Origin: Entomortierella parvispora E1425
Lineage: Eukaryota; Fungi; Mortierellomycota
Assembly: GCA_020891255.1 (NCBI GenBank)
Contig: BQFW01000012.1
Span: 930,001-994,000, forward strand
Length of the DNA stretch: 64,000 nucleotides
Reading direction: 5' to 3'
Numbering within the stretch: the stretch's first letter is position 1; every line of letters starts with the position of its first letter. Below the pieces are notes generated by a model that was not told the origin of the DNA, did no database searches, and saw only the letters and a program-made list of their open reading frames with translations. Positions 1-11,709 of this stretch are shown here, piece by piece. The translations under genes and the position numbers were made by a program.

Positions 1-1
1 G

Positions 2-3000
2 CCTCTGAAGGAATCCAACACCACTCTTTTCCTCAGTGTCAACCATGCCGAAGCTTCCATCCGTCTCTTGGCTGTGAAGAAACTGGACACAATTTTGAAG
101 GAGAAAAACTCTGAATTGGCCAAGGTCGATAACCCCGATACGTTTGTCAAGGATACTCTTCTTGCTCGACTTCAGGATGATGATGAGCGCGTGACGGAGC
201 AAGTGTTGTCCATGGATGCACTGACAAAGTTTGTCCCGCCTCAGGACCTTCTCGAAGGATTGACCAGCGTTATCACCGCGCCTTCAAGCTCTCGTGGTAC
301 CCGTCGCCAGTGCCTTATCTACTTATTGACTGTGTTCCTTAACAACAACAAGAGTCTTAAGGACCAGGTTTTGGCCGTTGTTCTCGGTCACGTTCTTTTG
401 GTCAAGGATTATCACAAGTCCGCCATCGCCCTCCTCTCGACTATTTCCACTTCTGAGTTGAAGACCGAAAAGCTGTTGAAGAACGTTGGTGCTGTCGTGA
501 AGAATTTGGAGAAGGATGATGCTGCCTCCAACAAGACTGAGCTCCTCGTGACCGCAGACCAGGCACTGGTCAAGACTCTAGCCGCCAACCTTGTTGCCCA
601 CCACAACACAACTGAGGCTTTGAATGTTTACCTTCAGGGTCTTAAGTCTGGAGCGGCCTCTTTCCGTCTACTGTCCATCTTGGTTATCACGAAGGCCATT
701 CATCAACTTGATGCCCCTCAACAAATCAAGGTTGCCAGTCTTTACCTCCCTGCTCTTCTTCAGACCCTCAAGACCTCCTCGCACAGTGTCAAAGCTATCA
801 AGGCTGAAGCCAAGGATGGCCTGCCCAGCTCGGAGCTTTTGAACCTGATCTTGACGAAGACTTGGACCCCTTCAACTGAGGTTTCTGCGATTCACTTTTC
901 ATTGTTGAGTCTCGCCTCTGACCTGAAGAAGCCTGCCAAGTTGACTGTCAGCTGGTTGTGCTCCGAGGAGCGCTCTGAATACGCCGATATTGTCATCTCC
1001 TTGTACAAGACCTTTGTTGGAACTGTCGACATGTCGCCCTATGAGCATATGATCGAAAAGTTGTTTGAGCTCCACTTGTTGTCTGATTCGGTCGAGTTTT
1101 TGTGCAGTCTTTGGACTGACTCCACATCCTCTACATTGGTTCAAGTCCGTTCCCTTCAGATTGCCAGTGCCAATCTCCAAGCCTTTGCATCCCAAACCAA
1201 GGCTGACGCGATTGATTTCCAAGTGGTTGTTCCTACTCTTTTGATTGCTCTTGGCAGCCCTGTCAAGGCTATGCGCGAAACCGCTGTCACATGTATCCAG
1301 ACCATTGCATCTATCTACCCCAGGATCAAGACCACAGGCAAGAAGGGCAAGAGTGTCGCTGCCGAAATCTTCAAGTTTGACTCGTTCTATGGCAAGACCT
1401 CAGATCAACTCGAGTTCTTGTTGCCAGACCAGTGTTCTGGCTTCTTGAACGATTTGGTCAAGTCTCGCGAGGAGTTCATTACTGATTCGAGCTACCTTGC
1501 AAAGCATCTTGCGGAGACTCTCAGCCGAGGTGCAACCGATTCCAAGACCGTTACCTCGACCAAGGATGCCATCGTCTCCTTCCTTCTCTCACATGTCTTG
1601 GGACTTCAGCGCACAAGCAGTCGTGTCGCACTTTTGCAACTTTTGGACGGCGTCACCACTCCCACCAAGCTCAAGATGTTGCTGCCATTGATTGACGACT
1701 TGGTCCAAACTTCGTTTGTTGGACAGAGCTCGGAAGAGAACACGGAGTTGGCACGCAGCCTCGTTCGTTGTTTCTCTCCCGAGACCACCTCCCTCTTGGA
1801 GGGTAAATCTGGCAAGTACAAGAATGCATTCCTGCAGCTTCTCAAACTCGACAGTAGCGCCGCTACCAACACTGACAAGGAAGAGTCTAGCTCCTCTTTC
1901 CGTCGTCTGGCTCTTTCTCAGCTTAACGCCGACTTCTTTGGTGGACTTAGCGTTGGACTTCAGCGTGAGATTTTTGTGGTGTTGATTGACTTGGCTACAA
2001 ATGCCCCTCAGGACACGGTCCGCGTTGTTAAGCAGGTTCTTCGTAACATCCCCATCAGCAGTGACTTGGCTATCTACGAGTTGGCCGCTATCCAATCCAA
2101 CCTGATGCAGGAATCTATGGTCGAAGAAGGCGCTAACTCAAAGCGTCAGCGCAAGGTCACTGCCGAGGATACCACTTCTCCTAGTGCGACTGCCGAGGCC
2201 CTCTATCGCCTGGTTTCTGTGCTCGAGCTTCTTGAATACAAGGAGGTTACCGACTCTTACAAGCTGGTAACCCCTCTCTTCGAGATGCTTTCCACGATCA
2301 TGAACTCGGACCTCGAGAGCACTCCTGTTTCAATTGAGTACGTCAACCAGCTCATGCTCTCCAGCTTGACGAGCTTTGTTCGTGAAGCTGAGTCTGGAGC
2401 AACCTCCAAGGTGGACGAGAGTATGCTTCGCGTTGACTTGGTCGTCAATTGCATCCGAGTTACTAGCAACCCTCAGACACACAACCAGGCTCTTCTGCTC
2501 ATGGCTGCCATTGCTTCTTCTTATCCCGAAAAGGTTTTGCATAACATCATGCCCGTGTTCACCTTCATGGGTGCCAATGTGTTGCGTCAGGACGACAACT
2601 ACAGTTTCCATGTCATCCAGCAAACTTTGGAGAAGATTATCCCCCCATTGGTTATGGCACACCGCCGTCAGAGTGACGAGACCAAGAGTCTTGTCTTCCA
2701 AGTGCGCCCTATCATCAAGGTGTTTGTCGACGCTTTGTTCCACATTCCCAAGCATCGTCGCCTTCGTTTGTTCTCGATTTTGATTTCCACCTTGGGAGAG
2801 GACGATTTCCTGTATGCGATCTTGTGCTTGGTCATCGAAAAGTTGACCGAGCGTGCTACGAAGGGACACCAAGCTGAGGCCGACTCTTTGAACGATTTTG
2901 CTTTGGCCCTTTCGAATCAATTCTCGGCTATTGTGCAGATGAAATCTCTGATCTCCCTCATGGATGTCATCCTCAACCTTCCCAACGAGAAGGCTGCCGA

Positions 3001-5233
3001 GGGCGATGTTGACATGGACGAGCATCTCTTCGATCTCAGGTACGTTTGTCTCTTTGTTTATACGTCTCTCTCGCTCTTTATTTTTAGCCTTGTTCCACCA
3101 ACTAAACTTTTCTGCCATAATAGTGCCCACAACAACAAGCAGATCCGCCAGTTCAAGTTGTCGGTCCTGACGTTTGCCACCAATGTCTTGACATCCAAGT
3201 CCTTTTTGTCCAAGATTGTCACTCAAACCAACACCGAGTCTTCTGCCGAGGCTGTTCTGGAGAGATACTACCTTCAGATGGCTGAGCGCTTGCTGTCGCT
3301 CGTTGGCTACTTCAGTGGATTTGTTAATGCACTTGGAGTCCGCAAGGAGCAATCGACTGTGGTCGTCAAGTTTTGGCGCGGTATTGTCAAGGTTACCTAC
3401 GATGTTTTGGACAAGGTGCACATTCTTCTGTCCTTGCCTTCGTTTGTCAAGATCATGGTTGCCCTCTTTGACCATAAGGACATCACCATTCGTCGCAAGG
3501 CTATGGGTCTGTTCAACCAAAAGATCTCGAACGTTGCCGGAAATGGTGCTGCCGTCCCTGCTATCCACGAGGGCATGGTCGTGGCTGTCATTCATGATTT
3601 GATCAAGGTCGTCCAAGCCGATCAGGTCGACGGGGCCAGCGCAGAGGAGGTTGCCATCAACAAGCAGACTGCCCTCATGTGCATCTCGACGATCGTCCGC
3701 CAGTTTGGTGCTTCGCACCCTACCGAGATTGTCAAGGCACTTCCTGTCATCATCGGCTCCAGTGGCTTGATGCATCCCAACGAGCAGGTCAAGGCCTCGT
3801 GCCTAGTTTGCTTGACCTTCATGTGCCAGGAGCTTGGAATCCGCGTGGTTCCTTTCTTGCCCAAGTTCATGCCTGTTGTTCTCTCCATCTTGACTGGTAC
3901 TTTGTCCAGCACGAACAAGGCTGCTGCCGTTGCCGCTGAGATCGACACCAAGAAGTCGAGCCGCTACAACAACTCTGTGCTCCTCCAACTCGCTGTTGTT
4001 AGCCACCTGGAGACCCTTATTAAGGTCCTTCCCCAATTCGTCAGTCCATACGTGACCAAGATTCTCGCTGGTACTCTTCATCCAGTCCTGGCTGGCTATG
4101 AGGGCAACGATGCCTCCAAGCTCCAGATCCTCGACAAGAACAAGGTCTTGCTTACTGAAATGGCCAACAACATTCAGCCTCGTATTCTCTTGCCTCCCAT
4201 GCTCGGTTATTACGAAACAGCCGTTAAGGATGGCAAGGATTCGCTCTTGGCTCTCTTTGATCTTGTCAGTCAGGCTATCAACGCCATGCCTCGCGATGTC
4301 ATTGCTGTCCACTACAAGCAAATCTTCAAGTTCTTCTTGAGCGCGTTCGATTTCCGTCGTGTTCATGGTCACGAGGCATCCAAGGTTGCAACCGTCGCCG
4401 TGGTGGAGGATTCCATTATCCAGGCTTTTATGCAATTGGTCATGAAGTTGAACGAGACCCTGTTCAAGCCCTTGTTCCTCAAATCCCTGGATTGGGCTAC
4501 CACTGAGTTGCAGGTCGCCAAGGCTTCTGCCCAGGACATGCAAGACCGACTCATCTTTTTCTACAAGCTTATGAACGCCCTTTTGGATCACCTCAAGTCG
4601 ATCGTTGCGCCTTACTACGGCTATGTCGTGGACAACGTTATCGAGGCACTTACTGGCTACGCCTTAAAGCCCAAGGGTTCTTCATACGAGGATGAGGACA
4701 ACGAGGCCACTGTCAAGAGACGTGAGATGGACGAGTTGTGGCCTTGGATGATTTCCTCGCTCCAGAAGTGCTTCCTTCATGACAACGATGGTCTCTGGAA
4801 CGCGGATCGATTCGAAAAACTGTTGCATCCTTTGGTGAACCAGCTCTTGGTCACCTTGCCCTCGGAGACCACCACTACCAGTCCTCTCACGGAATGGAAG
4901 TCGTATGAGAACAGGATGAGCGCCTTCTTGGTCCCTTGTTTGGGTCAATTGGCCGTCACTCTGTCGAACGACGCCCTCTGGAAGCCCCTCAACTACCAGG
5001 TGATGCTCAAGACGCGTGAGCAGGATAAGAGAGTTCGTCTCTCGGCGCTGTTGGTACTCCAAGAGTTCTACAAGCGCCTAGGCGAAGAGTTCTTGATTTT
5101 GTTGCCAGAGACGATTCCCTTTTTGGCTGAGCTGATGGAGGACGATGACCATGAGGTCGAGGCCCTGACACAACAGGTCATTGCTGATATTGAGGTGTAC
5201 CTCGGAGGCAGTTTGCAAAAATACTTTCATTAG
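2..5233 (+). CDS. UTP10: U3 snoRNP/SSU processome HEAT-repeat protein UTP10 (HEATR1); 5'-partial
   Basis: Frame is open from position 2, so the gene starts upstream of the window. Long HEAT-like protein with BP28CT-type C-terminus (LVMKLNETLFKPLFLK; LGEEFLILLPETIPFLAELMEDD). One in-frame 84-nt intron at 3040-3123 (GTACGT...TAG) is translated by the ORF track. Confidence 0.9.
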   Translation, partial: PLKESNTTLFLSVNHAEASIRLLAVKKLDTILKEKNSELAKVDNPDTFVKDTLLARLQDDDERVTEQVLSMDALTKFVPPQDLLEGLTSVITAPSSSRGTRRQCLIYLLTVFLNNNKSLKDQVLAVVLGHVLLVKDYHKSAIALLSTISTSELKTEKLLKNVGAVVKNLEKDDAASNKTELLVTADQALVKTLAANLVAHHNTTEALNVYLQGLKSGAASFRLLSILVITKAIHQLDAPQQIKVASLYLPALLQTLKTSSHSVKAIKAEAKDGLPSSELLNLILTKTWTPSTEVSAIHFSLLSLASDLKKPAKLTVSWLCSEERSEYADIVISLYKTFVGTVDMSPYEHMIEKLFELHLLSDSVEFLCSLWTDSTSSTLVQVRSLQIASANLQAFASQTKADAIDFQVVVPTLLIALGSPVKAMRETAVTCIQTIASIYPRIKTTGKKGKSVAAEIFKFDSFYGKTSDQLEFLLPDQCSGFLNDLVKSREEFITDSSYLAKHLAETLSRGATDSKTVTSTKDAIVSFLLSHVLGLQRTSSRVALLQLLDGVTTPTKLKMLLPLIDDLVQTSFVGQSSEENTELARSLVRCFSPETTSLLEGKSGKYKNAFLQLLKLDSSAATNTDKEESSSSFRRLALSQLNADFFGGLSVGLQREIFVVLIDLATNAPQDTVRVVKQVLRNIPISSDLAIYELAAIQSNLMQESMVEEGANSKRQRKVTAEDTTSPSATAEALYRLVSVLELLEYKEVTDSYKLVTPLFEMLSTIMNSDLESTPVSIEYVNQLMLSSLTSFVREAESGATSKVDESMLRVDLVVNCIRVTSNPQTHNQALLLMAAIASSYPEKVLHNIMPVFTFMGANVLRQDDNYSFHVIQQTLEKIIPPLVMAHRRQSDETKSLVFQVRPIIKVFVDALFHIPKHRRLRLFSILISTLGEDDFLYAILCLVIEKLTERATKGHQAEADSLNDFALALSNQFSAIVQMKSLISLMDVILNLPNEKAAEGDVDMDEHLFDLRYVCLFVYTSLSLFIFSLVPPTKLFCHNSAHNNKQIRQFKLSVLTFATNVLTSKSFLSKIVTQTNTESSAEAVLERYYLQMAERLLSLVGYFSGFVNALGVRKEQSTVVVKFWRGIVKVTYDVLDKVHILLSLPSFVKIMVALFDHKDITIRRKAMGLFNQKISNVAGNGAAVPAIHEGMVVAVIHDLIKVVQADQVDGASAEEVAINKQTALMCISTIVRQFGASHPTEIVKALPVIIGSSGLMHPNEQVKASCLVCLTFMCQELGIRVVPFLPKFMPVVLSILTGTLSSTNKAAAVAAEIDTKKSSRYNNSVLLQLAVVSHLETLIKVLPQFVSPYVTKILAGTLHPVLAGYEGNDASKLQILDKNKVLLTEMANNIQPRILLPPMLGYYETAVKDGKDSLLALFDLVSQAINAMPRDVIAVHYKQIFKFFLSAFDFRRVHGHEASKVATVAVVEDSIIQAFMQLVMKLNETLFKPLFLKSLDWATTELQVAKASAQDMQDRLIFFYKLMNALLDHLKSIVAPYYGYVVDNVIEALTGYALKPKGSSYEDEDNEATVKRREMDELWPWMISSLQKCFLHDNDGLWNADRFEKLLHPLVNQLLVTLPSETTTTSPLTEWKSYENRMSAFLVPCLGQLAVTLSNDALWKPLNYQVMLKTREQDKRVRLSALLVLQEFYKRLGEEFLILLPETIPFLAELMEDDDHEVEALTQQVIADIEVYLGGSLQKYFH

Positions 5234-5306
5234 ATAGATCCATAATAAACACGATTTCCGCTTTAGTAAATTCTGGTAGTTCTGCGATTTGGAAAGGGCA
5301 CAAAAT

Positions 5307-6488
5307 CTAGAGGTCTGAGAGCTGTGCAGGAGCGCTGTCGACCACTGGAACCAGGTCAATGACGACGACCAAGAATGTAACGGAGGCGTCTTGAGTCCTA
5401 ACCGAGTAGGTAATGGGCTTGATCCCAAAAATAAGCAGAAACATGTCAGTGAATTTTACCCAGCAAAAGAGAACACGTTTAGAGCATGGCAAGACCGGTC
5501 GTTTCTCTAGCAGTCGTACCTGCCCATCAAAGTACTTGAAAAGGTCGAGACCAAATCCTGGCAATTTCACAGAGAACTTGGCGCAATCCAAAAAGCCGTT
5601 GAAAAGACCTAGACCATACTCCTGGTCTGGACTGAACTTATGGAGGGTCAAGTTTTTAGTCTTTGCATAGTAATTCTTGCGCGCCGCTGGATCCAGGGCC
5701 AACTTTTTGATTGTCTTGTGAAGGGTGTTTTGCTCTTCTTTGTCACCTTTGGATACGGCTGTGGAAGTTGCTGCTGCTGCGAATGTTGCTTGCAAGGCCA
5801 GCGTCACGTCCTCCGAGATATGTTCTCCTCGATGCGATGGCCACGAAGGAGTATCAGCCGAGGATGGCGTGATATGAACGACGTCCATGGCAGCTAAAAG
5901 TGGGCTTATGAAGTACGGTTGATCTCCTTGAATGTCGATTTGAAGACCAGGGTCCAGCGTCTTGAAAAACTTGATTGCCACGGAAGTTAGGGAAGGTAGC
6001 TTGAGAGGTCGATCAAAGGTGGTCTTTTTTTTTTTTTTTTTTTTTTTGGAGAAAAGAGGGTCAACATAAAACCCGACATTCACTTGCCTCAACCAATTAA
6101 AGAGTTTTAAAGTAAAGGGCTTTACCGCAAAAACGACTTGATCTCCAGACCACGCACGTTTAAATCGGCCTTGGATCTGCAACGAATTGATATGACTGTT
6201 GTCCTTCTTGCCTTTTTTTCCGGTTGCGCCGCTCACTCCATCTGGACTATGGAACCAGGGACTGTCAGGAAGGAGGGAGAATCCATCCTGCTGCTGACCT
6301 TCTGCATATCCATGAATTTGGTCCTGACCTCGGATCCGAAATATGACATGGCCGACGAAATCGTCCGATTGAATCAAGATGGGGTGGTCATCATCGTTGA
6401 CGTTCAGAACTTGAAGGCACTTTGCGTTGGGTCCGACAGAGACTTTGACCCTGTACCGGATGGAATTATGTTCGATGACGGTGGACAT
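5307..6488 (-). CDS. DUF1769-family fungal protein
   Basis: ATG at 6488 (MSTVIEHNSIRYRVKVSVGP); motifs FVGHVIFRIR, SLQIQGRFKR, YFISPLLAAM, FNGFLDCAKFSVKLPG. Two in-frame 102-nt introns at 6024-6125 and 5418-5519. Family call is from recalled motifs. Confidence 0.72.
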   Translation of the reverse strand: MSTVIEHNSIRYRVKVSVGPNAKCLQVLNVNDDDHPILIQSDDFVGHVIFRIRGQDQIHGYAEGQQQDGFSLLPDSPWFHSPDGVSGATGKKGKKDNSHINSLQIQGRFKRAWSGDQVVFAVKPFTLKLFNWLRQVNVGFYVDPLFSKKKKKKKKTTFDRPLKLPSLTSVAIKFFKTLDPGLQIDIQGDQPYFISPLLAAMDVVHITPSSADTPSWPSHRGEHISEDVTLALQATFAAAATSTAVSKGDKEEQNTLHKTIKKLALDPAARKNYYAKTKNLTLHKFSPDQEYGLGLFNGFLDCAKFSVKLPGFGLDLFKYFDGQVRLLEKRPVLPCSKRVLFCWVKFTDMFLLIFGIKPITYSVRTQDASVTFLVVVIDLVPVVDSAPAQLSDL

Positions 6489-7109
6489 TCCTCTTTTTGT
6501 TGTAGTTGAGGAATTGTAGCAACTGGTAAGAAATGTCAGAGGGAAGGATTGTAAAAAAGAATGAGAGAAAGGAGGGGAAAGAAAGGAGGGGTAAACAACA
6601 ACAACTAGAAGGAAGAAGAGAGAAAAGGAGTCGCAACACGATATCATGTGCGAAGACAACTGAGTATGAGCAAACACCACAAGAAAACAAAAGAGCACCT
6701 TGTCCTACCGTCATTAAAAGTGCGAGAAGGGAAAAGGGGGCAGTGGGCTAGGGGGACGTGTCGTTCTAAAAGCATATAAAGTTGTTCTAACCAAGGAGGA
6801 TCGACAAGGGGAGTGACGAACAGAGATGATGGGAGGTCACTAAGGGGGCGAAGAAGAAGGCGACAAACACCCTAGATCGCGTCCTGATCACGGAGGCAAC
6901 CCCGGACAGCTGGGATGGATCCTCTGCGACGCGTGCGTAGCTGCGAAAACATCGTGACTGCTGTTCGGCGCAATCCACGCGTCTCGCATCTTCTCACTCT
7001 TGCTCGCTCTTCTCGCTCATTCTCTGGTTCTTCATGCGTCCATCCATCTATTCACATCACTTTAATCCAGCAACTATCCCTCCGACCGGAACAGCGGGAC
7101 CGCTGAATC

Positions 7110-9247
7110 ATGCCTGACCATTCTCGGGACCCCAATGGGTCTGCTCACAGGGACGAGAACAGCGCCAGTAACACTACCAGCACTAGCAATGGCGGGAAGA
7201 GCAAGGCAGACGCAGGAGCAGGATCTGCGTTGTCAAGCGACCCTTTAGTTTCCCCCGGGACAATGCAAGCCCCGCCATCAGCCACAACGGACCCTACCTC
7301 AACCTCATCTACTGCTGCATTTGCCTTTACATCCTCTGCCATTGGCTCGTCCATGTCTTTGGTTTCTGTCAGTCATGCCACAGTAGATGCTCTCGGTAAT
7401 TGGCTTGAATCGGCATCAGTCCAGTCAATCCCTGCGGCTCAGGAGCAACGGCGAAAGGATAGTTACAAATCAGGTTCGCTTATTGCAAAGACCCTGAAGC
7501 AATCGCAAGAAGAAAGGCGGAAACAGGCACTAGCGGAACAGGCTAAGGTAACGTATCTCGTCAATGTTTTTATTATTATTATTATTTCCATGCTAACCAG
7601 CATTCACCTTCAAATGTCATAGAAACGATATCAGTTCACAAATCACGCACGGAAGCTGGCATTGTTTGCAAGTGGGCAGGATGCAGAGGCGTCTAGTGGA
7701 TCAGAGGGCGATGAGGACGATGATGCGGATGACGATGACGACAACAGTAATGGGAAGCTACCTGGCGCTGCAAAGTCACAGAGCGAGGGCGTCCTGGGTT
7801 TGAAGGGATCGGTAACAGATCAGGTTATAGTCACTAAACCACACAAGCGGAGGCTAAGCTCCGACTCTGAACCAGAGGTGGTCGAAGGATCTCGAAAAGA
7901 CAGAGTAGGAGATGCGCTCTCGCCAAAGAAACCAAGGCTCCAGAAGACAACTCCAAAAGCGGTACGAAGGAAGAAGGACCGTAACCCGTTCAGGTATTAA
8001 AAACCCTTCATCCTTGGACTTGCATCACCAAGGATTCACGAACTGTGCAATATGTATAATAACCGGGCCCTTATCTCAATAATTGCAATAGGGACCAGCT
8101 TATGATACCAGAGCCCATGACCGAGATACCAGCAGATCTCGACACCAGCTACTATATTGTTCCCTTGCCAATCGGACACAGATGCTTCGTCATATCTGCG
8201 GATGGAAAGACTACTGCACGCTTACCGTCTGGCCAACTCTTGGTTGGCGCCTTTGAATCTTGCCTACCAGCCGGATCCAATACGTATCGCGGGAACAGGA
8301 GGACGGACTATTGCATACTGGACTGCGTCTACTCTTCGGCCACAAGGACGTTCTGGACTATTGACATCATGTGTTGGAGAGGGCACCCAGTCTATGATTG
8401 CGAGACAGAATTTCGGTTTTGGTGGCTCAGAGGCAAACTTGCCGAGATTGAGAGCCTGCAAGGCAAATGGATAGCAAGTCAAACCAAGGAGTGGGACCAA
8501 GAGGTGGCCAAGAAGAGACAGAAAAGAGCCAGGCAAGCAAAGCGGAGGCAAGAAAAGGCTGCCGCTGCGGCTACTTTGGCAGCATCGAGTAGAACAAACC
8601 CTACGATAATGGAAGATCACGAATCAGCTATCCTGGCAGCAAATGATCAGGAAGGTGATGACGGAGATGACGAAGCTGTTGTAGAAGGCATGAGTATGGA
8701 CGAGGACAAAGCGGGACTCCATCAGCAACCAAAAAAATTCTGGCCAGTGGTATTCACACCTCTTCCGTATTTCAACGCCTCAACCGACCTTGTTCGACTT
8801 TTAGCAGAATCAATGCACTCTACACCAGCTTCAACGTCCCCAGTATTGAGCATGACAGCAAATACGGACTCACAAACGTCAGGTATAGGTACCTCCAGTG
8901 ATGGCAACCAAAGGAGAAGCTCGACAGGCATGACCGTTCTGGGTACAATGGGACTCTCTGGGGAAATTGCCACGGCGGCATCCTTATTTCCGGCGCACGA
9001 TAATGCGCAGAAGTCGCGACAGGTCACCACGTTGATTTACGAGAAGGCGGCAGGCCTTGTGTTTTTCAACAAGAAGACTATGTATGTCCTAGGCACGACG
9101 CCTCTTTGTGGCTGGGTGGCAATGAATCAGGTCGGAGAAGTCTTCTTTGATGATGAGGGAGGGATAGGCCCAGCTCCAGGAACGAGTGCAGTGGAAGGAC
9201 GGGAGGTCGAGATGGAGGACGCCTTGGAGAAAATTCGCCTTCAATAA
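7110..9247 (+). CDS. SNUPN: Snurportin-1 (m3G-cap snRNP import adaptor)
   Basis: Exons 7110-7547, 7623-7993 and 8092-9247. Spliced N-terminal motif EERRKQALAEQAKKRYQFTNHARKLA resembles the snurportin importin-beta-binding motif. Cap-binding domain PIGHRCFVIS...ILDCVY...IDIMCWRGHPVYDCETEFRFWWL. Confidence 0.85.
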
Positions 9248-9399
9248 ATTAATAATTCTGGTCTGGCTATTGTACTTTAGACAGGCTCAAATCTTTCCTG
9301 TGCCCAAAGCGCCGTCGGTCGTGCCCATGGCCTCCTTCTTCTCCACTCCTCTTCTCTAACATTAACAACCTCGCCAGAGGGAATCCCATCCAGCCCTCC

Positions 9400-11667
9400 A
9401 TGGACAAGTATCAGGTATGCCGCTTGACCGCTGCCCCAATGCGTCGGCCCGTTCATTCGCCTCCCTTGTCTCTCTCTCACTCGCACACACCTACTCACTC
9501 TCTCATGAATCACTTGATACTCCGTTGCCACCAGAAAATAGAAAAGCTCGGCGAAGGTAAATCCGACTGGCGGAATGGTCTTTCCAATGTGCGAGGAAAC
9601 GAGGGGGACCCCGCTATTTGAATGGCCTGCTTTGCTCGTAGCCTGACTGACCAACAGACTGACCGAATGACGCCGTGGGGACCTCGCCGACGGGATCACA
9701 AACCAACGTTGTTCATCTCTGCACAAGGACTCAGACCGTGTCTTGCACAAGCTACCATACGCGGCAGTACTACAGCACGCGCATGCGCCATTAGAGTGGC
9801 ATCGACATCTACTTCCCCAGAAAAAAGGGGTCGGCACCATTGCGGGGGGGGGGGATAATGGGCATTCTGAGGAGCACTTGAGGATGTCAACGGGTCTTGT
9901 CCATTAACCTCAATGGAAGACTGACTTTTTCTGTTTGCTCTTAGGCACGTACGGTATTGTCTACAAGGCTCAAAACAGGGAGACAAACGATGTGGTGGCA
10001 CTAAAGCGAATCCGTCTGGACAACGAGGAGGAAGGGGTACGATTAAGCTAAGGGCAAGGTCAACGGGGGAGAGGAAGCGCGGCCAAAGCTTTGCTGATTT
10101 TATTGTTCTCCATTGTAGGTACCATGTACAGCTATCCGTGAGATTTCTCTCTTGAAAGAACTCAAGCACCCCAATATTGTTCGGTAAAGACCCAATGCCT
10201 TGTCGATGACTCATGAGTGAAAGCCTCTGTCGAGTACAGCCTACTCATTTCTTTGCACTCACATTAGATTATACGATGTGCTGCACACGGAAAAAAAGTT
10301 GACGTTGGTGTTTGAATACTTGGACTCGGATTTGAAGAAGTTCTTGGACACCTACAGTGGCAACATTGACGTGGTGACGATAAAGGTTTGAGCGCATTTT
10401 CTTGACTCTCATCGCTCGATTGTTTTTGTGGAAAGAAGCTAATTGCTTTACGCTATCCTTTCATGTAGCAACTGATGTACCAACTAATGAGAGGAATTGC
10501 CTACTGTCACGAGCATCGCGTATTGCATCGAGTAAGAACACACATCAGACACAAGGGCTATCCTATTTCCACCATACTTACAGCGCTACTTTTAGGATTT
10601 GAAACCACAAAACCTGCTGATCAACAAGAAAGGCGACTTGAAGCTGGGAGACTTTGGATTGGCGCGAGCATTTGGAATCCCAGTGAGGAGTTATTCACAT
10701 GAGGTATGACCATATACCTGAGGACAACCCCATCCTCAAAGTCGACATCAGAACACTGACGCTGTGAATGTCATAGGTCGTAACATTATGGTACAGGGCA
10801 CCCGACGTTTTGATGGGCTCCAAGCAATATTCGACTTCAATTGATATTTGGTCTGCTGGATGTATTTTTGCTGGTATGAAATCATATTATTTGTGAGCTA
10901 CAGTCACTTCAGACCAACTCTTTCCATTCTCATCAAATCTTCAATGACTCGACTTCATAGAAATGGCATCAGGGAGACCGCTCTTTCCTGGAAGTTCTGT
11001 GAAGGATCAGCTGCTCAGGATCTTCAAGATTCTGGGCACACCCACCGAAGAAACATGGCCTGGTGTTTCGCGGTTACCAGAATATCGCCCCGATTTCCCA
11101 ATATTTAACCCTATCCCTCTTGAGAACTTGGTGCCCAAGTTGGACAGTGCAGGGATCGATTTGTTAACTGTAAGTTTGGTGGAAAAGTTTGGAGTCGCAT
11201 GACAAGTATCTATGCGCTGGCTGTTGTATCTCGGATGCGAGGCTGTAACCAAATCGATCGGCGAGGTGTAATTAAGTGTGCAGGATCAGGCGACAGGGCA
11301 GGAACCAAGGACAACAAAAAAAAAAAAAAAAAAAAAAAGAAAAGAGTTGTGCAACATAAGGCTATGTTGGGGCAATGATGATTGGTGGCGTGATCGTGCA
11401 CGTTCCTCAATGAGACGATGGCAAAGTCGCGACAGTTTTTTATGTCAAAGTGTAGTCTCCGTTCTCACTTTTCCTCTCTGACTTACTCTTAGCGCCTTGT
11501 GACTTACAACCCTGATAAGAGGATATCGGCAGAAGCAGCCTTGACACGTAAGTAGCCTCTTTCACTGGCGAGAAAAAATACCACTGAAGTAAAGCTGATT
11601 GTCTGTTATCCTTCTAGATCCTTACTTTGATGAGCTCCGCAGACGTGACGGATCATCAGTGCAATAG
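9400..11667 (+). CDS. CDK5: Cyclin-dependent kinase, CDK5/Pho85-like, with PCTAIRE helix
   Basis: 11 exons: 9400-9414, 9535-9556, 9945-10036, 10119-10183, 10268-10385, 10469-10531, 10596-10703, 10777-10873, 10961-11169, 11493-11547, 11618-11667. Spliced protein reads [21 protein letters not shown]...[23 protein letters not shown]...HRDLKPQN...DFGLARAFG. Confidence 0.9.
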
Positions 11668-11709
11668 AATTTGAATAAAAAAAATGGGAGCAGACTTAAG
11701 GCTTCTGCT

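Noticed and set aside
3040-3123. Hydrophobic insert in UTP10 (also the poly-K insert in the DUF1769 ORF at 6024-6125)
   Set aside because: These are stop-free in-frame introns with canonical splice sites, not protein sequence.
412-5062. Long antisense ORFs over UTP10 (e.g. 2330-3775) and similar shadows over other genes
   Set aside because: They are explained by codon bias of the sense gene and show no independent protein features.
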